From Octopus sinensis (Eukaryota), in assembly GCF_006345805.1 (NCBI RefSeq), contig NC_042997.1:127286001-127350000 (forward strand): DNA of 64,000 nucleotides. The letters are read 5' to 3'. The notes under the pieces are model-generated. The model had not been told where the DNA came from and searched no databases. It saw only the letters and a list, made by a program, of their open reading frames with translations. Both the position numbers and the translations under genes were made by a program. Shown in pieces: positions 52,638 through 64,000 of this stretch (positions are counted from its first letter, which is position 1; each line of letters opens with the position of its first letter).

Positions 52638-55381
52638 CTAAATACAGTAGAGGGCAAATGATGTTGACACCTTTTCCATTTTGCTATTTCAGTCTCTACA
52701 ATAATTACAAGCTACAAAGTCAATCAACCCCTCTCAGACTATTCTCTCACCTTAATCTTTGTTAACCTCTTTAGCTAGTATGTCCCTTCCGTTCCATTTC
52801 TCTGTCTTATAATAATAATAATTCATTAAAAGCAAGTGGCATCAAGCAGTGAGATTACTAAGTTGAGACTGGATTAAAAGTTAATTAAAAGTGCCATCTT
52901 CATACTGGCATCAAGAATTCTATTAAGAAAGAGTTTGTGAAAGTTAGTGGAATACCTGCTGCTCTTTACAATTAAATAGTTCAGCATTTATTTGTATCAT
53001 TGCCAGGTTTACACTGTGTGTTGATGCAATTAAGATCATGTCAGTAGCCTTCTACTGTTATCTGCTTTCAAACACCACATTAAGACAATTTTCTGTTCAA
53101 CACCGTGTAAACTCCATTATATATGAGACAATTTCAATTTAAAAGCCCCATAGATGTATTGAAATCTTTTTCATTTATATTTTTCTTACTGATAATCTTT
53201 CTAATTTCTTTCTTTCCTTCCTTTCTTCATTCTTTCTTATTTATTAGTGTATTTATTCCAGCATTATTCTATATCAAAATAGTCCTGAAAACCTATATAT
53301 ATCCTTTCTACAATAGGCGCAAAGCTTGAAATTTTGGTAGGAGTTAGGTAGTCAAATTCATTGACACCTGTACTCAACAGGTACTTATTTTATTGTGCTC
53401 TCCCTCCCAATTGGCTGGAAGGAAAAGTTGATCTTGGTTGCTTTTACACTTAGAACATAAAGAAGGGCCATATGCTGCTAAGCATTTTGCTTGTGTTAGT
53501 GATTCTGGTGACTTGCTGCCTTCATCCAGAACATACAACAACAACAACAAGCAGCAACAACAACATCAATAATTAATTCGATTATTAGCCACAAGGGCTT
53601 ACAGAAAATTACATTAAGAGACATACAACATAAAAGACAAAAACAGAACGATACAATGGGTTTTACAACATGTAGACAATACAATAGCAATTAAAATTCA
53701 ACAATTTAAAACTCCCAATAGGGGAGGCACATTAAGGACCTCAAGAAAAAAAACCCACTGGTGCCTGAACAATAGGGCAAAGAGCCCTTCTTTTGTTTAC
53801 AGGTGCACGCTCAGAATTGGTCCTTTCACACTGGTACAACAACAACAATAATAATAACAATCCTGTCTACTAAAGGCACAAGGCCTGAAATTTGGGGAAG
53901 GGGACTTGTTGATTGTATTAACCTCAGTGTTTTACTGGTACTTAATCTATGGACTTCGAAAGGATGAAAGGCAAAGTTGACCTTGGCATAATTTGAACTC
54001 AGAACATAGTATCAGACAAAATACTGTTAAGCATTTTACCCAGCGTGCTAACAATTCTGACAACTCACTGCCTTGACAACAACAACAACAATAATAATGG
54101 TTTCAAATTTTGCCACCAGGGCAACAGAAAATGTTTAGTGATATTTCATCTGTCTTCACATTCTGTGTTCAAATTCCACTGAGGTCAACTTTGCCTTTCA
54201 TTCTTTTGGGGTCGATAAATTAAGTATCTTTTGGGGTCGATAAATTAAGTACCAGTTGCATATTGGGAGGAGGGGTGATCTTATCGACTGGCCCCCTCAC
54301 CAAAAGTTTCAGGCCTTGTACCTACAGTAGAAAAGAATAAGGGGCAGCAAGCTGGCAGAATTGTTAACATGCAGGGCGAAATGTTTAATGGTATTTTTCA
54401 TCTTTATGTTCTGTGTTCAAATTCCACCGAGGTCGACTTTGCCTTTCATCCTTTTGGAGTCGATAAATTAAGTACCAGTTGCATACTGGTTTCGATCTAA
54501 TCGACAGGCCCTCTCCCCCAAAATTTTGGGCCTTGTGCGTAGAGTAGAAAAGAATGTGCTACCCAGTCCAGGAATTGTATTCATTATTTATGATCAAAAG
54601 ACCAACTCCCTAACTATTAGGCTATATTTTTTTTACTACTCACCTTACTAAGGCAGTTAAGTGTACAAACTTTTGCAGCTGGCATTTTATGTTGTGAGAT
54701 ATTGATTGAAATATGTAGTTATATTCTTCTACTAGTTTCAGTCATTTGACTGCAGCTATGCTTGAGCACTGCTTTTAGTCAAACAAATCCACCCCAGGGT
54801 TTATTCTTTATAAGCCTAGTACTTATTCTATCAGTCTCTTTTGCCAAAGAGCTAAGTTACGGGGATGTAAACACACCAACATTGGTTGTCAACAGACACA
54901 CACAAATATATACATATGTATATCAAATTCGATGACTGGCATCCATGCTAGTGGAGCTCTAAGAGTACCATCCAGGTGTGATCATTGCCAGAGCAACAAA
55001 CTGGCTTCCGTGCTGGTGGCACGTAAAAAGCACCATTCAAGCGTGATCTTTACCTGCGTCACATTACTGGCACTTGTGCTGGTGGCACAGGAAAAAACAT
55101 TTGAGCATGGCCGTTGCCAGTACCACCTGACTGGTCCTCGAGCCGGTGGCACGTAAAAGCACCCACTACACTCTCGGAGTGGTTGGCATTAGGAAGGGCA
55201 TCCAGCTGTAGAAACTCTGCCAGATCAGATTGGAGCCTGGTGCAGCCATCTGGTTCACCAGACCTCTGTCAAATCGTCCAAGCCATGCTAGCATGGAAAG
55301 TGGACGTTAAACGATGATAATGATGATGATGATAGAATGGGCTTCTTTCAGTTTTCACCTACCAAATCCACTCACAACACT

Positions 55382-55533
55382 TATTATGGCTTTAGGTTTT
55401 ATATTGTAATCAAGTAATTATCAAGTAACATAAACATTGCTTTTTGCAATAAAAACAAATTCAGATTTTTGATGCAGGTGACAATGTACACAGTTATGTA
55501 TGTATGTATATATATATATATATATATAATATA

Positions 55534-55565
<32 letters not shown>

Positions 55566-55583
55566 CATCATCATCATCATCCA

Positions 55584-55622
<39 letters not shown>

Positions 55623-56433
55623 TATCATCATCATCATTTAATGTCCATTGTCCATGCAAGCATTGGTTGGACAGTTTGACTGGGCTGGTATGTTGGAAGG
55701 CTGTGCCAGGAAAACACTTGCCCAAGGTGCTATTCAGTGGGACTGAACCAGGAACCATGTGGTTGGTAAGTATGCTTCTTACCACACAGCCACCCCTGCA
55801 CCTTACCACACAGCCACATCCAGCGCCTAAGTTTCCCAAGCTGTCACCCACTTAAGTACTCACTAGGCTCGATGTTGCTTAACTTCAGTGACTGGATGAG
55901 AACCAATTCATTCAACATGATATGGCCAAATTTGTGTAGCAACTATTCATGTATTATTAATGTACTTTACTTACAGTCGTACAGAAAATATGAAATGTTG
56001 ATCGAGTCAAATGCACTTTCCTGGCACAAAATTTCAATAAGTAATTAAATTATTCTATTTGAGAAGGACATAAAGAGAAAGAAATTTTTGAAGATTCTTT
56101 GAAATTGAAAGAATTTCTTGAAGCGAGGTCAATTATTTTCAGTCTCAGAGCAGACTTGTTCTCTATGGCAATATTTGCAAAAAAAAAAAAGAAAAAAAAA
56201 AATTACATACTTTCACTTTTGGCCTCAGGTTCTATATATTATACAGTTAATTGTCTTCAATAATTACAACCATATTATGGCTTTAGGTTTTATATTGTAA
56301 TCAAGTAATTATCAAGTAACATAAACATTGCTTTTTGCAATAAAAACAAATTCAGATTTTTGATGCAGGTGACAATGTACACAGTTATGTATGTATATAT
56401 ATATATATATATCATCATCATCATCATCATCCA

Positions 56434-56469
<36 letters not shown>

Positions 56470-56557
56470 TATCATCATCATCATTTAATGTCCATTGTCC
56501 ATGCAGGCATTGGTTGGACAGTTTGACTGGGCTGGTATGTTGGAAGGCTGTGCCAGG
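55382..56557 (+). repeat. Local direct duplication (55382-55710 and 56273-56557)
   Basis: TATTATGGCTTTAGG...GGAAGGCTGTGCCAGG occurs twice, differing mainly in microsatellite length. Confidence 0.88.
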
Positions 56558-57302
56558 GTCCAGTCTGACTTGATATAGTTTTTCTACAGCTGGATGCCCT
56601 TCCTAATGGCAGCCACTCCAAGAGTGTAATGAGTGCTTTTATGTGCCACTGGCACTGGTGCCATTTGCTCTACACCGGTATCTGTCACAACTGTTATGTT
56701 GCTCGACTTGATAGGTCAACTTCTCAAGCTTGACATAATGCGAAAGATCTTGGTCATTGCCTCTGTGAAGCCAACACTTAAAAGGAACTCAGTCACTTTG
56801 ACTCCTTCAGGCTAAAGGAACTCAGCCACCATGCTTCCATGAGGCCCAATGCTTAAAAGGCACTCTGCCACTTGGCCTCTGTGTTCAAAGATTGACTTTT
56901 TTTATGCATCACCAGCACAGGTGCACTTGGCTTGATGGGTCCTTTTAAGCACAGCACATTGCCAAAGGTTTCAGTCACTAGTCATTGCTTCTGTGAGATT
57001 CAAAGTTCAAAGATCATGTTGCACCACCTCGTCCCATGTCTTCCTGGGTCTACCTCTATCACAGGTTCCCCCCACAGTTAGAGATTGACACTTCTTTACA
57101 CAGCTGTCCTCATCCATATGCATCACATGACCATACCAGTGCAGTCATCTCTTTTGCACACCACATCTGATTCCTTTTATGCCTAACTTTTCTCTCAAGA
57201 TGCTTACACTCTCATGAACATGCACACATACATATATTTATATATAATATATATATATATATATATATTATATAATATATTATATATATATATATATATA
57301 AT

Positions 57303-57342
<40 letters not shown>

Positions 57343-57361
57343 TAGATATATATATATATAT

Positions 57362-57398
<37 letters not shown>

Positions 57399-57484
57399 AA
57401 GATGGATGGATAGATAGATGGTAGATAGATAGATAGATAGAGACAGATAGATAGATAGATAGAAAGATGGATGGATAGATAATG

Positions 57485-57562
<78 letters not shown>

Positions 57563-57579
57563 GGATGGATAAATAGATA

Positions 57580-57612
57580 TGTTTCTTTATTAGCAACCAC
57601 AAGGCTGCACAC

Positions 57613-57643
<31 letters not shown>

Positions 57644-58385
57644 CAGACAGATAGATAGATAGATAGAAAGATGGATGGATAGATATGTTTCTTATTAGCC
57701 ACCACAGGCTGCACACAGATAGAACAAATACAAGGTAGAGCTTTTCTTTTGAAGGTATTAAAAACAAAAAAAAAAAAAAAAAAAAAAAGGAAGGGGAGGT
57801 TCGATCAAAAGGGATCGTAAAAGGAGAGAAAGAGGACAAAAATAAGGGGGTGGGTTAAAAAAAAAAAAAAAAAAAAAGGGGGGGGAGAGGAAAAAAAAAT
57901 GATCAATAGGATCGTTATCACAGAAATGTCAATATGAGAATGTAAAGGGGAGGACAGGTGAGGTTTACCCGTGGAAAGAAAAGCCTGCGGAAAAGACCAC
58001 GGTAACTCGGTCAATGAAGTCACATTTTATATTTCTTTTTTTTTTTTTTTTTTTTGGCAAATAAGCAACTCTCTGTTTTCGATTTCTGGGTTCATAGGAC
58101 TATGCTCAAGGTGGCTTCGTCATTCATACGTGCCATTCTTGCTACATTCACCCATCTTTTTTTAAAAACATTCGCTAGACAAAACTTGCCTCTCTACTCT
58201 CACTTTCCTTTTCAAGTGGTACTTGAAGAAGTTGATGAGAGAGATTGACCAGAGAGGAAAGTGTTTGTCTCCAATCCTTTCAGACGCGTCCACCAGATAC
58301 ATTCTTTCGCCATAGCCACAAGGATGATGAAAATAGCTCTTCCTTCCCGTTTGAAGGAAGGAGGCGTGACAATATTGACGATAAT
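57580..58385 (-). mobile_element. Tx1-like LINE 3' pieces (57580-57612 tail only; 57686-58385 ORF2 C-terminus plus 3' UTR) in (GATA)n
   Basis: About 58060-58380 is a close reverse-complement match to 63673-63990. Confidence 0.85.
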
Positions 58386-58386
58386 G

Positions 58387-58428
<42 letters not shown>

Positions 58429-58429
<1 letters not shown>

Positions 58430-59268
58430 CCCAGACTAGTTATGTTCAACAAAAAATAAATTATTTACCCAAGTTTTAACATCATATCCTTTGAAATAGT
58501 TACCTTACACAGCAAGACAGTGGTCCCAACATTCTTGTCACTTTTGGAATCTAGCCTGGAAGTTGTTTCCTCTAACTAAGTTGATGACCTTCTATAATTC
58601 GCTTTGGATCTTAGTAACAGCTTTAAAACAGTGACCTTTGAGCAGCATTTTCATCTTGGGAGAAGAGATGCTAAATCTGACAGATGTGGAAGTGATACCA
58701 TGTTGTTTTGGTGAGAAATTCTTGAGTGAGGAGAGCTTGGTGACGAATCCAGTTCTTTGTGCTCCACAGATCTGATCGCTTTCATTGAATGCCCTTCCAC
58801 AAACACTTCAAAGTATCACAGTAGAATTCTTGAATAATGGTCTGGCCCTGGGGGACAAATCCTTAATGCACAATACTACATTTCCATGGAAGACACACAT
58901 GGCAGGTCTTCCAGATTGCTCATTGCCTTCAAGGGATGTTCTGTTGTTTTTGAAGCATGTATGCCATTCAGAACATTACGTATGACTCATTGTCTCATTG
59001 CTGTGAGCTTGGTAGAGCATGCTCAGTGTCTCTGTTACAGACTTCTCAAGTTTAACGCAAAATTCCATGCTAGCTCTTTGTTTCTTTCTATGACAAAATC
59101 ACAGACAACAACATATATGTAATCACAAAAACAAATTTCACAATTTGTGAAGTAAACACAGCGATGTCACTTGGCACACTGCTTCATGAAGGTCACTGCA
59201 AGCTCTCACTGTGCACGCAACCATGTGCTGCCACTTGTTGGTACACTGCAGAACTAGTCTGGGAACTT
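58429..59268 (-). mobile_element. Internally deleted mariner-like transposon
   Basis: TIR cores TCCCAGACTAGTT / AACTAGTCTGGGA; remnants EFCVKLEKSVTETLSML...EWH..FK....SLE....SGRP and PKMKMLLKGHCF...GNYFKG. Confidence 0.8.
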
Positions 59269-60057
59269 GCACACCACATCTGATTCCCCTTATGCCTAAC
59301 TTTTTTCTCAAGATGCTTACACTCGGGTCAACATGCATATATATATATAATATATATATATTATATATATATATAATATATATATATATATAGATAGAAG
59401 AGGGCTAGATAGAATCTTAAAATGAGGTTAAGGAAATCGATTTACCCCCCCCCATCCCCAATTCTGCTGACCTGGTGCCAACATTTGAAACCAATATTTT
59501 AACTTTTATCTTAGCACAAACTGGGTCTATCACAGTTTTACTACCATTTGTCTTGAACATTCTGTTATGTATTCCCAAGCATCCTGGTATTTGACTATCA
59601 TCTTTGCTTCCCATTTCTTGCTCAGCCTCTCTCTCTCTCTTCTTCTACGGGTTGTTCTCCATTTACATCATTTGCTACTTCACCATCTCCCACTTAACAC
59701 CCACTCTTATATTATCTGATTAACTTAGAAGAACTCTTGAAGTATAGAAGCCATAGATTTGGTTGATAACTTCAATTTCAAGTAGACATTATTTAACCCA
59801 TGGTATCTGACTGAGAACAATTATGCTCAATATACATTCTACCTATGGATACAAAGTAGTGGCTTATGGGCACAGGTGTGGCTGTGTGGTTGAGAAGTTT
59901 GTTTCTAAACCACACAGTTTTTAATTCAGTCTAACTGGCATCTTAGGCAAGTGTGTCCTACTAAAGTCCAGAGCCAACATAATCCTTGTGAGTGGATTCA
60001 GCAGAGACCTCTCACTACCTACCTTTCTATCAACCTACATACCTATCTATCTATCTA

Positions 60058-60137
<80 letters not shown>

Positions 60138-60139
<2 letters not shown>

Positions 60140-61160
60140 AAGGGCGAGGAAGGGCGAATGGCACTGTGAGTGTCACGTTGCTCTCAAGCAACTATGCCGT
60201 CCTGGGTTGACCTTGAGCGAATTCAACACAACCAAAGCATTCTATAGGGGATTAGTGGAAGGGAGGAATGACAACGACCTCGGGGCGAACCTGGGCTTCG
60301 ACGAGGAATACCTGACCCACCTGTTCAAGACGACTTTCGGCCTGGGACCTATGGACAGTTTCCAGAAATACCTGGCCTGGCAGTGCTATTGAGAAGCGCT
60401 ACCCATTCGGGACAAACTCTACAGGCATGGCTTGAGAAACACAGGGCCAACCTGCCCGAAATGTGGTCAGAGTGACAAAACCGTTCTGCACGCACTTGTA
60501 CAGTGTCCAACCACTTCCAAACTGTGGACCTATGTCAAACAACTGCTATTGCATGTGGGATGAGTCAGCTTATCAACCGAGTTTATCATGAATATCGTTG
60601 CACCTCCTTCCTTGAAACGGGAAGGAAAAGCCATTTTCATTGTGGCTATGGTAAAAGAATGTGTCTGGTGGACATGTCTGAAAGGGTTAGAGACAAACAT
60701 TTTCCTCTCTGGTCAACCTCTCATCAATTTTTTCAAGTATCACTTGAAGAGGAAGGTGAGAGTAGAGAATGAAGTTTTGTCTAGTGAATGTTTCAAAGAC
60801 AGATGGGTGAATGCAGCAAGGATGGCATGTATGAATGACGAAGCCACCTCGGGCATAATCCTATGAATCAAAAAAAAAAGGAAGGGAAAAATGAGTCATT
60901 TACTGTAATGCATTTTTTTGCATGATATTATTGCCCGAGGTTACTGTGGTCTTTTCCGTAGGCTTTTCTTTCCACGGATAAACCTAATCTGTTCCCCCTT
61001 TTACACTATGACATTTCTGTGATACACGACCCCTATTGATCAGCCTTTTTTTTAATGATCCCTTTTGATCGAATTTCTACCCCGCCTTTTTTTTCCTTTT
61101 CTTCCTAAAACAAAAAGCTCTACTGTGTATTTTGTCCTCTGTGTTGACAATAAAGAAGCA
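60138..61160 (+). mobile_element. 5'-truncated Tx1-like LINE (ORF2 C-terminus with CCHC finger plus 3' UTR)
   Basis: Paralogous to 63225-63957; CPKCGQSDKTVLHALVQC; ends AATAAAGAAGCA then TATC repeats. Confidence 0.85.
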
Positions 61161-61204
61161 TATCTATCTGTCTATCTAATTGCCCGTCTATCTATCTATC
61201 TATC

Positions 61205-61340
61205 TTTTTTTCCCAATCCCTTTTGATCGGAATTTTACTTTTTTTCTTATTTTCCCCTTTTTTTTCATTTTCAAAAAGAAAAGCTCTATATTTGTATTTG
61301 TCGCCTCTGTGTTCAGCCCTGTGTGGCCAATAAAGAAAGT
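61205..61340 (+). mobile_element. Tx1-like LINE 3'-UTR-only insertion
   Basis: ATCCCTTTTGATCG...AAAAGCTCTA..TTGTATTTGTC..CTCTGTGTT shared with the UTR at 61054-61160. Confidence 0.75.
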
Positions 61341-61360
61341 TATCTACCTATCTACCTGCC

Positions 61361-61420
<60 letters not shown>

Positions 61421-61571
61421 GATCGATCTATCTATCTATCTATCTATCTATCTACCAGCCTACCTCCCTACCTACCAATCTACCTAATCTACCAATCTAC
61501 CAATCTACCTACCTACCTACCTACCTACTTACCTACCTACCTACCTACCTACCTATCTATCTATCTATCTA

Positions 61572-64000
61572 GCTGTCAGAGCTAGGATGCGTGCTCTAAG
61601 GAACGAAGGTGTTGGAGCCGCGAGAGAGGCCCGGGTGGCAGAGGCGCAACAGGGCAACAAAGCCACCATTCGGTCTCTGGTAGATGAACAAGGGCGCGAA
61701 TTGATCGAGCCAAGTAAAATGTGTGAGGCCTTTCAACAGCACTTTGCCCGACTGTTCGGGACGAGTGGCGGGAAAGAACGTAGGGTGGACTTCAGTGCCT
61801 ACCTACACAGCCTACCCTGTCACAAGAGAGATAGGGTGCTGCGAAGGTGCCATCACGACGGCGGAAGTGCAGGACGCGATGGCAGAATGCTCGAGAGACA
61901 AATCACCGGGTTTGGATGGTCTACCCTACGAGCTTTACAATTGTATGTCAGACTTGTTTGGAGATGTCTTGGCAGCAGTGTACTGCAACTGGCAGCAAAA
62001 CGGGAGCATTCCTGGTTTTGTGAACCGAGGAGCCGTAACACTGCTGAAGAAAGAAATGTAATAGATAACTTTAGGCCCATCATTCTGCTTAATGCAGACT
62101 TGAAAATTTTGGCCAAGGTGCTAGCCAAGAGGTTGGCGCTTGTCATCGAGAAACTGGTCGACAAGGCGCAAACATGCGCCGTGCCGGGCCGGACCATCCA
62201 TGACAACCTCCACCTGATGCGCTACATCATAGACAGGGTAGTTAACGAACCTGGCATGGGTGGGGCGCTGATCAATTTGTATCAATCGAAAGCTTTCGAC
62301 AGGGTGGACCATCGATACTTGAAGGCAGTCCTCAGAGCGGCTAGCTTCGGTCCCGTCTTCTGCGGCTGGATAGCCGCTTTGTGCAGAGGCATCCGTTCGG
62401 TAATTCGCGTGAATGGACATTTATCGAGACCTTTCGACATCGCACGTTCGGTCCGTTAGGGATGCCCCCTCTCGTCGCTTCTATACGTATTGACTCTCGA
62501 GCCATTATTGCGGAAGCTGGCAACTTTGAGGGGCATCCCGCGAGAACTGGGATGCGGGACGAGCGTGTCTGCATACGCGGACGACGTCACCGTCGTAGTG
62601 TCTAGCCACGAGCACATCGAGCAGGTCGGCGAGACACTGAAAAACTACGAAGCGGTGACAGGAGCGAAAATCAACCGGGAAAAAGCAGTGGGCTTGCGAC
62701 TAGGCACCTGGAGAAGCAAGCCCATGCCGTCCACCAGCGCTCCGTCGTGGGACGCTGGACCGACGGCCCGGTCGAGTTGCTCGGGGTCCGGTTCGGTCCG
62801 GACCTACAAGTGGAGAAGAACTGGAACGAGATAACGAGTAGGGTGGTCACTCTCGCCCGGTAATGGGCCGAGAGGAAACTGGCTCTAAAAGGTCGGGCGG
62901 AGGTGGCGAACACGTACATCGCGTCCGTCATCTACTACCACCTGACCGTCGTACCTTGTCCCGACTCTACCATCACCAAACTAGAACACATTCTCTTTCG
63001 CTTCTTGTGGAAAGGATGCATCCCGATGGTCAGGCGATCCATTTGCTGTCAACACCCGTTAAAAGGAGGACTGGGCATTCCGTGGTTGATGATGCGCAGT
63101 CACGCGCTGAGACTGCGACATCTCAGTCTCTTCGTAGACGACGGTGAACAGGTGTGGTCGCCGTTTGTGAGGCACGCTTTCCTGCAGCTCGTCTCCATGA
63201 CCGAACTGCAGTCGTGGATCAAAAAGAGGCCGAGGAAGGGCGAATGGCACTGCGAATGTCGCGTTACTCTCAAGCAACTATGCCGTCCTGGGTCCACCTT
63301 GAGTGACTTCATCACAACCAAAGCATTCTATAGGGGATTAGTGGAGGGGAGGTACGACGACGAGCTCGGGGCGAACCTGGACGTCGACGAGGAGTACCTG
63401 ACCCGCCTGTTCGGGACGACTTTCGGGCCAGAGCCCATGGACAACTTCCAGGGATCCCTGGCCTGGCAGTGCTACCGAGAAGCGCTACCCGTTCGGGATA
63501 AGCTCTACAGACACGGCTCGAGAAACACGGGGCCGACCTGCCCAAGATGCGGTCAGAGCGACGAAACCGTTCTGCACGCACTCGTGCAGTGTCCAACAAT
63601 TTCCGACCTGTGGGCCTATGTCGAACAACTGCTGTCACGTGTGGGACGAGTCGGTTTATCAGCTGAGTCTATCGTCAACATTGTCACGCCTCCTTCCTTC
63701 AAACGGGAAGGAAGAGCTATTTTCATCATCCTTGTGGCTATGGCGAAAGAATGTATCTGGTGGACGCGTCTGAAAGGTTGGAGACAAACACTTTCCTCTC
63801 TGTTCAATCTCTCATCAACTTCTTCAAGTACCACTTGAAAAGGGAAGTGAGAGTAGAGAGGCAAGTTTTGTCTAGCTAATGTTTTAAAAAAAGATGGGTG
63901 AATGTAGCAAGGATGGCACGTATGAATGACGAAGCCACCTTGAGCATAATCCTATGAACCCAGAAATTGAAAACAGAGGGTTACCCACTTGCAAACAAAT
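61572..64000 (+). mobile_element. 5'-truncated Tx1/L1-clade LINE, disrupted ORF2 (RT plus C-terminal zinc finger); runs off the window
   Basis: KSPGLDGLPYELY, NFRPIILLNADLKILAKVLAKRL, QTCAVPGRTIHDNL, KAFDRVDH, SVR*GCPLS, SAYADD, CPRCGQSDETVLHALVQC; several frameshifts and stops; terminal TGA near 63955. Confidence 0.92.

Noticed and set aside
55975-56020. 46-nt candidate exon with a GTAAGT donor
   Set aside because: No frame joins the 52637 and 49055 exons without a stop.
57152-59338. ~70-bp direct repeats flanking the Tx1 and mariner pieces
   Set aside because: Both are fragments of an abundant RTE-type LINE, so they need not mark a composite element.

Overview
Repeat-dense, AT-rich animal genomic DNA. 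The SINE families and (TA)n/(CAT)n/(GATA)n tracts look like an octopus genome; this is inference from repeat style. Most ORFs in the track are microsatellite artefacts. Supported content: (1) four small minus-strand exons of an unidentified host gene (about 52.6, 49.0, 31.0 and 13.8 kb), so most of the window is probably intronic; (2) many SINEs and decayed Penelope, CR1, RTE, R4/Dong, Tc1, mariner and hAT-type fragments; (3) five Tx1/L1-clade LINE pieces, each inside a (TATC)n tract in the same relative orientation; (4) a ~1-kb near-perfect inverted duplication, a 46-bp minisatellite and several hairpins. The top candidate is a head-to-tail array at 4926-12192 of a ~1.78-kb element that encodes only a ~460-aa gag/ORF1-like CCHC zinc-knuckle protein, with no RT or endonuclease. 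Its last ~42 nt match the 3' tail of a SINE (37/42) in this window, and that SINE tail matches the Tx1 LINE tail (34/41). Its ORF shows an excess of synonymous changes between copies. Together this suggests a LINE / ORF1-only element / SINE system with a shared 3' recognition tail, similar in logic to HAL1 or HeT-A. All alignments were done by eye and no searches were run.
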